Shown: one piece after another, positions 1-12,109 of the stretch
Layout: every line of letters starts with the position of its first letter
Numbering within the stretch: the first letter of the stretch is position 1
NCBI GenBank assembly: GCA_002633005.1
Contig: NMRA01000129.1
Span: 810,570-874,569 of the forward strand
Direction of reading: 5' to 3'
From: Phoronis australis
Taxonomy: Eukaryota > Animalia > Phoronida
DNA length: 64,000 nucleotides
Position numbers and translations under genes: made by a program
Notes under the pieces: model-generated
Told to the model about the DNA's origin: nothing
Database searches by the model: none
Seen by the model: the letters and a program-made list of their open reading frames with translations, nothing else

Positions 1-354
1 GACAATCATTAGATAACCATATCTTTCATTAAATACAGTCACTCCGCCACCTGACAAAGACACTTGATATCGTTATAACAAACATTCTTCAATTTGGGGA
101 ATTGCTCAAATTGCCATTTTCCAAAATTTGCAAGTTTGCTGAAAGCGCTCAAAATGTTACCAAGTGTTGCTCGGTGACAGTCATACCAAAAAACAATACA
201 AATAACTACCAAAAATGCTTAACAGTTTTCTGCTGAGAAATACGAGACAGCGAAATTCCCCATCTCCACCATATTGTGTCCTGAACTGAAGAATTTTTAG
301 AATAATTGTATTTTGAGAAATAAGACTCTAGACAAAGGAGTGTTTACACCTTAC

Positions 355-472
355 CAGAAAGTCGTCCGGCTGAATTCCAAACAGTAACCTGAAGTATCTA
401 AACGCTGTGGGCGCATACGTTTTGAAGCGAAAGTCGCTGTAGTGGTGAGCTGGTGTGATGTTGCTCCCTTCA
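355..472 (-). CDS. PIP5K1: PIP5K type I exon ([40 protein letters not shown]); gene continues off the left edge
   Basis: 118-nt exon bounded by tttacag/gtaagg on the minus strand; contains the PIPK motif [18 protein letters not shown]; phase fits the upstream exon. Confidence 0.95.
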
Positions 473-1163
473 CTGTAAACACAAGTGATCTATCGGTAGA
501 AGCAATCCACATTAAGTAACATTCTCAGTTTGTTGTCATCAATGTAACAGATCTCAATAGGACTGCACAAAAGACTGCAAGGACTTGAATGAGCGATAGA
601 TGTGTAAGGCAAGTCTCCACTTATTTCGCACAGAAATTCTTACCAAAATGGTAATTTTTCTATTTTCATCTTTATTTAATAGCAAATAGAGGGAATATTA
701 GCATTTTATGACACCTGCACCCTACAACCTTGTCATAGATTAAAATGTTCCTAGACTTTACTTTTGTGCAGAAATTTAAAAAAAAATAGAATTTCACTAG
801 TCAGCCATATAGTGTGATAAATAAGTGAATAATTGCCATAGCGGGCACCATAGGTATTTTAATTACCAGTTTATTGATCATTCACAAGGACTTTTCAACG
901 GGTCTGCCAGTCAAGTCTTCTGCAAAACTTGTCATATCAGTGCTCGCCACGGGCGAAAATTCTCGCTCGAAAATACAAGTGATGATATATTTGTCAGTCA
1001 CATTCAAAGATTTGGGCTGGTAAAAAAATAACGACTGGAGAAAAAAGACGCTGAACATTTGCCCATTCGAATAACACAAGTGAGGTCAATTTTCTACAAG
1101 TATTTAACATTTTCTACTCGTCTTTTTGAGTGTTTACTCATTTATGTCGACCAGTGCACATAC

Positions 1164-1294
1164 CTTGGAAAAAAGACACTCTCAACCACTGTGAAGTCCT
1201 GCATCAGAAGGTCGCGCTCGGGCTTCATCGATAAACTACCAATGCTTCGACTTATACCAAGCTGCATAGCGGCCATCAACTCCGAAGTCGGTTT
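1164..1294 (-). CDS. PIP5K1: PIP5K type I exon ([43 protein letters not shown])
   Basis: 131-nt exon, ttccag/gtatgt; matches PIP5K1 QLGI...GSLS.KPERD.LMQDF.VVES.FFP. Confidence 0.95.
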
Positions 1295-2126
1295 CTGGAA
1301 ACATAGTTGGGTTACTAGAATTCTACAATTTTGAAAGTTTTTAGATTTGACATGAAATTAGATTTGGGATATAGGGAAGACATGTTTGTAAACAAAACAA
1401 GAGAAAACTCATTTCCACAAATGTTAAATCTGTTTTGAATATATCTGCCAACGACATCTTTGAGAACAAAACAAGAAATAACTCACTCGTAACATTATGG
1501 TAAATCAGTTTTGAAATATGCCAAGGACATCTTTGTAAATAAAACAAGAAATAAAATTATGAGAAATGTACAAAGGCATATTCTGAAGCAAAAAAAATAA
1601 AGTACATCATGTGAAACTAGAAACTGTGACATCATGCTGTTTACTGACTATCCTGGCAGTTATCATTTTAAGTTCAACTTTTTTGCTGTAACAAAGTTAT
1701 ATCACAACAGAACAAACTGAAAGTTTTGGTAAAATGAATAGTTTTCATCTGTGTTTATTTCTAAATAACTTTCAGTAATTTCACTTTTTAAATTGCTGTT
1801 ATCAAGGCAATACTCCCCTATAAATGAGAGAGAATCTCCACAGTACCTAGGGTTTTAACCTCGTCTCGAATACTTCACTTGCTTACAGCCCATCCTCAAA
1901 TTATAAGACCAAGACTCCTGTTAAAGTGTCCATATCAGTGTGAATGCCCATTTCCTCAGCATTCTAGCTCCGAAATAGTAAGCGACTTGCTTACACCAAC
2001 AATCAGTCACGTGGTCCGACATAAGTGTACCTTCCTCGGCATTTACCTCATCAACCTCTCTGGTACGCGCTCAACCCCAACGTCTCAAAAAAATTTAAAT
2101 TCCAATGTTCCACTTAACGTCCACCC

Positions 2127-2862
2127 CAGGGTTGCCAATGACCTGTAACCTTCACGATAAAAATCTGTACTTTGCAACTGCAAACTTGTACGATTTCCAA
2201 TGTTTTCAGAAAGTCTTAATTTCAATAGCAAGATGGACTGATACACACCAAAAATAAAATTTTCAGTTTGTAGTTTTATTCAGCTTGTCAAATCAATGTT
2301 TTTCGGCTTTTGGTGTCGACATAGTTGATTTCTTCCCACACAACCACGGCCCCACAAATCCTGACATCTCATAATTCTTGATCCATAACAGTATTGTAAG
2401 CATAAGGGTCTCATATTGAAATGTGATTAAATGCAGTTAATATTCCATAACTGTTTTATAACTGTAATCTACTTCATCCGTATATTCGTCTCCGAAATTT
2501 TGCTCTCGACATCTTTGCAATTTCAATGCAATACCACGTAAGTGCATTTTTCATTGGGTCTTTCCTTCACAAAAAACTGCAACTGACCAATCACAAAAGG
2601 GAAATTTTATATGCCAATTGCATTCTACAATGGTATTCAGGATACGGCAATTTCCATCAATTTCTAGCACTTCCTACCTCAATCTTCGTCGATCTCGGGT
2701 TTCAAAATGCTGGCAATTTAAAAGATGTTTTTAATTTTAAACCAATTTTTGATGAGAAATATATGCTCAAAATCCATAACATTCAAAAATCCGTACTTAG
2801 TGATATACTACGCCCTGAAAGTACATAGAATACGGATAAATCCAAAACAGTTGGTAGCCCTG
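2127..2862. mobile_element. hAT-like MITE; partial second copy ~9815-10242
   Basis: Termini CAGGGTTGCCAA / TTGGTAGCCCTG; shared blocks (cgtctccgaaattt, ggataaatcc...gttgg.agc) with 9.8-10.2 kb; no clean TSD. Confidence 0.5.
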
Positions 2863-3412
2863 TTACCCGATTCTTGAGCTCCTAATTTAAGCGCCCTGGG
2901 CATCAAACCAGGTACGGTAGTTTCATTGTTATTTTTAAACTGACAAAACGGTGATGTTCATGGTTCACTCATTGAGGAAAAGGGCATAAATAAATACCCA
3001 GACCAGGGGTTTCAAGAAAAGTGACTTAAGACAGCAATTCCGTCTTACCCCCACTTCAGAATTACCAAACAAAGATTCAGTCATGTATACATTAGCATAT
3101 CACTGTCTGAAAATAATTTGTGTACATTTTCTCAGTAAGTAACAACTATGTCTAGCTTGTTTACCCTCTTTTTATTTTTCATTTCATAATAACTGTACCG
3201 TGTTTTATACAGCTCAAAATATATTAATACATGACATGACGAAAACACTCAATATTTTTCACCACTTTGTTTTACCTAGGACCATGTCAGACATATGATG
3301 CACCATGCAGACATCCAGATGTGCTGGTGGGATAATTACTAAATGCTTGATATAATGTTCAGGCATCAGCCATTTTATTCAGAGTGACAAACAAATCAAC
3401 AGGCTACGTCAA

Positions 3413-3419
3413 ATATATA

Positions 3420-3465
<46 letters not shown>
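3413..3465. repeat. (TA)n/(TATATG)n microsatellite
   Basis: Direct reading. Confidence 0.9.
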
Positions 3466-4329
3466 CATATTGCAAACTCTCATGGGTCCATACAATACCA
3501 GCTAACTCACTATCAATGTCCTGAAAGTAATTTACTGCTCCAAATAATTTCCCAAGTACAGTCTATGTAAAGAGATGACAGGGTACAAGAACTGCTCAGT
3601 AACTGGGCCCATAAATGCTCTGCTGGCAAGCACAACAACCAAAGACCGGATACTGCACAATGCGATAGGACAACCATTAGCCAGAGTATCCATGGTCTGG
3701 TCATAGGATCACAGTGTTTTCCATGACCTGTTTTGATCCACTGCTGAAGAGATATTGAATTTCGCCCTGATGTTTGGCTTACTTGCATCTAGTTTTAAAT
3801 TAGTGACACAAGTTGCTAGATCAGTCACTGCTTTGCAAATTAGGACATTTTTTTTACTTTTAGTATGGGTTCAATACACTGTTTCCAGGGCTTTACATAA
3901 AGATCTTCCACAGTAAAGAGTAAGGACTAAGGAACACATTCACAAAATTTGTAATTCATTAAGTGAAATTTGAATTCTCCACCTGTAGACCATTGGACTG
4001 ATGTCCACCCTGGATTACACAAGTTTCTAAATATGTTCATGTCAGGACTAAGGCAGATAGTGAATCATTGATTACACTGTTTACACAACCCCTCCCTCAC
4101 AGTCATCTAATGACAATGATTCAATAATATTATCAGCTTATGCCCTGTTTCCTTACCTTTAACTCTAAAGGCCTTTCACACTGACTTAAAAAGGTAGCCA
4201 AACATTTTTGTCCAGTTCATACATAAAAATTTTTAACTAATTGCAACAAGTGATTTATTAAGACCAGACTAAATTCATGATGGTACTAAAGTTAAAAGAG
4301 CTGGAAAAAATGTATTAGTGAAAAGACTT

Positions 4330-4658
4330 AAGTCCACACCAAGTTACCCTAGAAAAAGTTACTCCTGGTCTCAAGGTTTAATAGTAGTGTGGATGTTATT
4401 TGCAATGGGGCAACTTCGAGGTCGAGTACTGTGTTTTAGTTTAACTTGCCCTTGCCCAAGTTATACTGTGGATGCAAACCTGCAAACAGAGGGAGTCATT
4501 TACCAGCAGTGCACTTGCTCAGTTACATACAGAGGGGGTCTAATCATTTTTTCGCTACATTTGTCGTAGGTGTAGGGTGTGTAGTGTGGACACTCCGCTC
4601 AACTGAGGTACATTGCTCCAGGGCAAGTTTTCCTAGAGTAACTTGTAGTGTGAACTTG
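4330..4658. mobile_element. old MITE-like inverted repeat
   Basis: aagtccacaccaagttaccctagaaaaagttactcctgg vs ccagggcaagttttcctagagtaacttgtagtgtgaactt (imperfect inverted arms). Confidence 0.45.
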
Positions 4659-5163
4659 ATGTTCTTAATTAAGTTAACACCTAAGTATGGTGTCAAAGGT
4701 TTGGATCAAATTATTCTATCAACTGTCATAAATTGTTTGATTCAAGTGCCCATGGTCTGCCTCTCAGTATTGTTTGGTTAGGCTTCTGAATGTTACATTA
4801 TTTTCTACTCAAAACAACAATTAGATATTACAACTGAAAGCTCAAGCACTCTGTTAACAAGTTTTTCCGAAACGTTTGACATTTTTAGAAATTAATAGTT
4901 CATAACTTCAAACAGAGGTGGCCAGTGATTGAGCTTCAGCAAATAAATGTGCTGGCCCAATGAGCAAGTTGTAACTTGAATGTGATACCCCATCCACACA
5001 GGGCCTACATGTGAAAGTTTACTGGCCCGGTCTCAAATCCGTGTATTTTGAACACTGGAGGTGGCTAAAATGACCTGCAGCTAATGTACCCCATATTTTT
5101 GGTTTGCTTGCTAGCATGCTGAATTTGCAGTCGCATACTGTAGATAGATAAATGTACACTTTC

Positions 5164-7207
5164 TATTCCTTGGTAGACATCTGTTGTTTCAAATCAATTT
5201 GCATTTGTATCGGGTTCGTGAATTCACTGAGAGGTGATGGTAAATAATCTCCTCATTTTATGGACACTGAAAACGTGTTTGGAAACTTGACCAAAACTGC
5301 ACATGCTCTCACATTCGTCATTATGCAGGGATTACGAAGTTAGTGTCTTTGCTGACATCGTTCTGAGTACCCAGCTAATGAGTTAGTGATTTGTCTTCTA
5401 ACTGTGTCGAAAAGGTCGGGTAGCAAAGTCTCATTCAATATCATTTCCAAAAACTAAATCACACAAGTGTCCTTACTACTGTCACGTGAACATTCTGAAA
5501 AATTCCTTGAAATCCACAGACAACGGTTTGCAAATTTTCTTCTTGAACCGAGAAGTTGTAACACCAAAAATTCAATCCTGTCTAGTGGAAAAGGCAGCAG
5601 TTTATGATGGTGTGTTATCTCGCTACTGAAAAATATGTTCTGACCACAAACTAGTACAGACTCTAAAGCAAAAGCAGATTTTGTCAAAGTTCTATTCTTT
5701 AATACCCGGTAGGACCATAAATTGCAACTAGCAACTATTTCCTACAGTACATGTCCCAGTATATGCATATGTCCAGCTTGATGCTCACTTGCAAAATTTG
5801 CAAAACATTCACTTTTAAACACAAATGCACGTCTTAATGACAACATCCAATTCAAATAATAGAGACTTCCTTGAAAGTGCCCAGTGTCTTCATGAGCGCT
5901 CGTCTCACATGAATTTTAACAAACGAATTTTACTTACGGTAAAAATTCTCCAGTTTAGGACAGTATCTAAAATTTGGGGCTCTGAAGCTGAAGACAAAAT
6001 TTTCTTAATTCTAAAGACAGGGACATGGGCAATTTCAGCGTTTATATCATGTTTCTAAAATATTGGGCACTGCATTTTGTAAAATTTGGTACCAGCTCAG
6101 ACTTCAATCAAAATAATTTTTTTCAGTGTCCTAAACNTATTCCTTGGTAGACATCTGTTGTTTCAAATCAATTTGCATTTGTATCGGGTTCGTGAATTCA
6201 CTGAGAGGTGATGGTAAATAATCTCCTCATTTTATGGACACTGAAAACGTGTTTGGAAACTTGACCAAAACTGCACATGCTCTCACATTCGTCATTATGC
6301 AGGGATTACGAAGTTAGTGTCTTTGCTGACATCGTTCTGAGTACCCAGCTAATGAGTTAGTGATTTGTCTTCTAACTGTGTCGAAAAGGTCGGGTAGCAA
6401 AGTCTCATTCAATATCATTTCCAAAAACTAAATCACACAAGTGTCCTTACTACTGTCACGTGAACATTCTGAAAAATTCCTTGAAATCGACAGACAACGG
6501 TTTGCAAATTTTCTTCTTGAACCGAGAAGTTGTAACACCAAAAATTCAATCCTGTCTAGTGGAAAAGGCAACAGTTTATGATGGTGTTATCTCGCTACTG
6601 AAAAATATGTTCTGACCACAAACTAGTACAGACTCTAAAGCAAAAGCAGATTTTGTCAGAGTTCTGTTATTTAATACCCGGTAGGACCATAAATTGAGAC
6701 TAGCAACTATTTCCTACAGTACATGTCCCAGTATATGCATATGTCCAGCTTGATGCTCACTTGCAAAATTTGCAAAAAATTCACTTTTAAACACAAATGC
6801 ACGTCTTAATGACAACATCCAATTCAAATAATAGAGACTTCCTTGAAAGTGCCCAGGTCTTCATGAGTGCTCGTCTCACATGAATTTTAACAAACAAATT
6901 TTACTTACGGTAAAAATTCTCCAGTTTAGGACAGTATCTAAAATTTGGGGCTCTGAAGCTGAAGACAAAATTTTCTTAATTCTAAAGACTGAGACATGGG
7001 CAACTTCAGCGTTTATATCATGTTTCTAAAATATTGGGCACTGCATTTTGCATCAACAAAGTCTGAACTAATATTGTCAAAAACAGCTGCCAATACAGAA
7101 ATATCTTTCTGGTAAATTTTAAATTTGAGACGACCAATATTGCCTACTTCTAAAATTTGGTACCAGCTCAGACTTCAATCAAAATAATTTTTTTCAGTGT
7201 CCTAAAC
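5164..7207. repeat. ~1-kb near-identical direct duplication joined by a single N (probable allelic contig overlap)
   Basis: 5164-6136 and 6138-7207 differ by scattered SNPs and a 100-bp block (7051-7150); N at 6137. Confidence 0.9.
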
Positions 7208-8906
7208 AGGAGATTTTTACCGTAGTTTTTAACAGCGAATAGTTCCAGTGACATCGTGCCTTATTTAGCCAGGAAAACTCCTTAGTGCCCTTGGCTTTAT
7301 TGGACTCTTGCACATCAGTCCAACAACACCTTTACCTGAATGAACCATTGAGGTAAATGTCCCCCCCTCCCGGACTTCTGCCATGTTTGACTTCCCTAAT
7401 TTTCTATGGGCAGTAACCCACTGAGTACAGCATTTGTAACATGCAATGATGCAGACAGCCTGTGTCATAAAGACGTCAAATTCATGAATTGAACAATTCA
7501 ACACCATCCCATTTTTGGGTATGCATAGTGACTTCTGAAATGGTTTTCATGGAAAACGGAGGCACGTTCTCTTCAGGTTTTGTTCGTCTAGTCTTTCTCG
7601 GGTGAACTGTTGAATTACACAATTAAATGTTGTCATATTTTGGGTATCTGCGAGGGTCCTGAGAGAACTTCATGGAAAACAGGAAAACACATCTAATCTC
7701 CGTTTTGTTCACTGAAATCTGAGCACCCGTTTGGCTTGTAAGGGGTGCACATTCACCCACTTAATTAAGTTGCCTGCTTGTTCCACTGTAGATAAGCCAA
7801 CAATACAAACACTCAAGATCATTTAGATCTTGTTCTTTAGTAATTTGAGACATCACAACCTGTGTTACGTCCATTTACTCATTGCTAAATGGAAATAACA
7901 AAACATACTATTGTGATGGGATTTCCAAACTAACAGTATAACATACAGTATATACTTGACAACTGACTCCTGAGAAGTTTCACATTGTACTTTTTATTAT
8001 GGCTGCCTATACTAAATGTTGGAACATAATAGTAACATACTATGTCATAACAATAAATCAGAGTGGGCAAATAACCACAAATTCCAGAGAGAAATTCCCG
8101 AGTCAAGCAACACACTTGATCCGACAACGGAATCACAAAAAATATGTTTTCAATCAAAAACGCAAATACTTCGGACTACCATAAGGAACTTGAAAGATTC
8201 AATTCTATGACTCAGTGCGCATGTCTAAGTGTCCACCTCATAACACAGCACCACCTGGTAAAACATCTGCCAGATGAGACAATCACCTAGGAGCAACTAA
8301 TGATTTCATTTTAATCCAGCTTACTCTCAACTGTCAATATCAGTTTATGACCTTAGGCATCATCTTGAACTGAGAGTTAACAAGCTTTTAGTAAAAATGT
8401 AAACATTGAACAGCAGGGTCTTGGCCAATGAAAAGAACTCATTCATGGATAAAAAAATATAGCTTTGTTGTATAATTTAGAGAAAGAATGAATCAATCAT
8501 AATTACAACAAATGGATATTTTTTTAAATTTATATAACACCACACTAGCTACTAGAATAAGCGCAAATGATGTGAATCAAAAGAAAGTGGTTTTCAGTGA
8601 TCAAGCAGAGTAAAGGCCTTATCACTGGTGTATTACACACTGGTGTATTATACAGGCTTGGGACAAGAACTCTGCTCAGTAGTTACACACTGGTTAGCAA
8701 GAAAATTCAGATGACGTAAGCCAAATGAAGCCAACGTCTATAGCCAATGTCAAAGTGGAAGAAATCAAGTTGGCTGGAGAAAACGGGCAGGATGAGTCAA
8801 TGAACTCTAGTAGGCAGATAGTAATCATATAAAATGAGAGGTTTACTAAATGGCCACTTTAAGCCTTCCTTGAACTGATGTTTGTTATTTTAGATGAAGT
8901 GGGCAA

Positions 8907-8971
8907 CAGACAGTCCAAGTGGGCTATATACCCAGACAGTCCAAGTGGGCTATATACCCAGACAGTCCAAG
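8907..8971. repeat. 26-bp tandem repeat, ~2.5 copies
   Basis: Unit cagacagtccaagtgggctatatacc. Confidence 0.85.
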
Positions 8972-10648
8972 AAATCATACCAATGCATCATTTCATCACT
9001 CAAACATAAGTTCATACACTGGTACATGAAGCAAGGTAAAAATTTTTCAAAATATTGTCTGCAGGTAAAGAACTTTAATAAGACAAAGCATGATTGCATC
9101 ACTGTATATTGTGTCCTCACTTAATAATATTTTACAGAACCATTCCCATCATATTGCATCACGAGAACATAGAAAAAAGGCTGAACTAGTTGCATTGAAT
9201 AGGGGTTCAAATAAAACACCATACAATTCCTTTGGGATTCATACAAGAATACAATTCAATAAGCCCAACCCTTCATTTCATTTGACAATTTATGATATTG
9301 GTGTGCTACGAGAGAAATGCTCAAAACACGTTGTACCAACTGATTACAAATGTGTTACTGTGAATCTGATGTCAGCCCAACTGAGGATCCCTAATTATCA
9401 ACACGACATTTGTTTTACCATTCATATTTCCATTTTGAGGCTGCAACAACCCTGCCTTACTTTGAAAAATAAACACTTGATTGTCACCACTTACGGTCTC
9501 AATTTGTCCCTAACTAAGATTAGAGGTTATTTCACGTCTACATGATATGTGACAATTGGTTGTTGCTTGAGAGCGGCCTGAAGACATCCATTGGATTCTC
9601 ATCATGTCATGGCACGGTTATGTTGATGTGCAACAAACTCAATTCTTTCCAAGCCCAAAATCATTTCTCATATGAGTAAGGAAAGGACAGAACTGAGATC
9701 AAAGGTAAGGTTATGTAGGACATTATCAACAAGTCCGTGTGTTTAGCCCAATATCCTTTTGCCTGGTCTTGCATACTTGCATAATACAATCTAAATTTCC
9801 GTATAAATCTGAAGGTCTTTAGGTATACCCGTCTCCGAAATTTCACTCTTGACATCTTAACATGATTTCCAAAGCATATGATATCACACAAACTCACAAA
9901 GCAAAACCAAGTAAGCACTTTTATCATTGCTCAGTCCCTTACAAAGTAACAGCAATTAACCATTCATGAACAGGAAATTTTCTATGCAAATTCATTATAC
10001 ACCAACACTCAGGAAACAACCTATTGGTTGGATCTTGCATTCTGGACTATTTCCGTCATTTTACATTATTTTCAGTCTCCACCTTCTCAGATTTGGCGCT
10101 TTGAAACACTGACAGTATCAAAGATATTTTCACTTTTCTCTGATTTTTGACGAGAACTAAATACTCAAAATCCGTAACACTTGACTTTTAGGCCTTAAAA
10201 GTAGGTAGAATATGGATAAATCCGTGAAAGTTGGCAGCTCTACATTTCGTTTTCATTCCATGCAAAGTTCGAGTTTTTTCTTAAATATCATAAAAGTCCC
10301 ATCATTTGTTGCTCCTCCTGCAGAAGTGTAATATCTCAAAAACAATTCCTAACAGCCTTTTGGAGAACAGTGCACAAAGTATGACATCTCAATCCAATCA
10401 ACCGTATGTTGCGAAGCTAGCCAAATTTCGGTCATACATAACCTTATAAGTGTTCTAAATGAAAAGTTAGGTTCATTGTCAGAAGGCAGGTTTAAGCAAT
10501 GATGTCAACAACTTGATTTTACAGAATGACACATTTAAATTGGATGTTAGACCATTTCTATGTTTTGTCTTGCTGGAAACTTCGAACTGAATTTGGACGT
10601 TCTGCCCTCTTATTCGCATAATGTGCGCGACACTCAAAATTTGCTCAC

Positions 10649-10786
10649 CTTTTTATAAGTGACCTGTCCAGCTTCATCCACTCGTCGATGACCGATCTTT
10701 TTCTCCTTGTCCCCCCTCGCAGAGAGGAGGTGTGGACTCGGTGACGTCTTGCCCCCTGCATTGCTGCTGCTTGAGGCCAGCGTCAA
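10649..10786 (-). CDS. PIP5K1: PIP5K type I exon (LTLASSSSNAGGKTSPSPHLLSARGDKEKKIGHRRVDEAGQVTYKK)
   Basis: 138-nt phase-0 exon, tttatttcag/gtgagc; KKIGHR.VD..G..TYKK is the conserved type I PIP5K N-terminal motif; joins in frame to 1294. Confidence 0.92.
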
Positions 10787-12047
10787 CTGAAATAAAGGCA
10801 ACACGTCAGAGGAGAAAATTCGACAGGTGACAATTTGCAAGACCAAAGAATTAGGCACTAGCACAGTATGAAAGACAGTTTTAATGATGCAGTTTCCGAA
10901 AATGAACAACCCTAAATTACAAAAACACACCCGTTTCATTTCACGTTTTTGAAAGGTTGTTTTCCGAATATCTGCCCATGGGCCTATTTTCGGAAATTGC
11001 CAGTATATATTTGACAATATGTACAGAGACAACTAATGTACCAGTACTCAAGAAAGGTACACAGTACTTATACAAACACATGTTTCACAAGACACAATAC
11101 AGTACTCCTATGTCCATTTCTTCTTGCAAAATGTTACGCGCGTATGTATAGCATTTGAAATTTCTGATAAAGTTGTCAGACAAACATTTCATATCAATAA
11201 ATTACATCATAAAATAGCTTGGCTCCATCAAACAGATAAACCCAAAGTTAACCTTAAGTCCATAGTATTTGGTGTTGAATATGACCATAAATTTATGGTC
11301 AACTCTAGCCTGACAATACCAATGCTAGCCTCAAGCTTTCCATAAATACCAGTTTTCATGTCCACAAATACAGGTTTTCATTGGACTGTGCAAGTTGATG
11401 GATAACACTGCCAGTATGTATCCTGGTGACATTTTTAAAGTCAGACATACATTGTAATCTGTATGCAATCGAAAGGCATCTAGATGCAAAACTGAACACA
11501 ATTTCAAGATACCTATCAATTACTGGCAGCAGGAACTGTGGTCATACACACGTGATGAACCTGCCATGCAATTATGTGCAGTATGAAACCACCTGAATGT
11601 AAAACCTTGTTGTTCAAAGCATACTACAAACCCTGCTTCAAAGTTCTGGACTATGTGGCATTAATTCATGATAATGACCTGTTAATGGGACAGACAGACA
11701 TACATAAACTAGAAGAAAGATGAGTGTAGTCACATTGTAAATCACAACCTCACATTCACCACAGAGATCTCATCTTGAAATGTTGAGGGCCATCACAGCC
11801 AGATTAGAAACATTTCAAAAGGAATCAACTCAGAAACCCAAGCCGCAGTAGAAATTATTTAAACCATTTGCACATTTTGAATCTCATACAGCCATAGAAA
11901 TTACTTGCAAACTTGGGATAAACTGATCACAATACTAGCCAGTACATTCTACAATATCACAGTGACATAAGCACAGGTGTGGTGACCAAAGTAGCAGCAC
12001 TCTATGCTATAAATGACCACAAGATGGCCACTGTCTTGAGGACACAC

Positions 12048-12109
12048 CTGAGAGGCAGTTAGATCACTGGACGACAAATCCATAGCACCACCATGGTTTA
12101 TGTTCACCA
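12048..12109 (-). CDS. candidate PIP5K1 N-terminal exon (VVNINHGGAMDLSSSDLTASQ)
   Basis: acag acceptor and gtgtgt donor, phase 1 to 0, would bridge the 17508 and 10786 exons; no homology support. Confidence 0.3.

Noticed and set aside
8695-8832. Plus-strand coding-looking stretch (ENSDDVSQMKPTSIANVKVEEIKLAGENGQDES...)
   Set aside because: Short, no recognisable domain, no convincing acceptor or partner exons; antisense in PIP5K1 intron.
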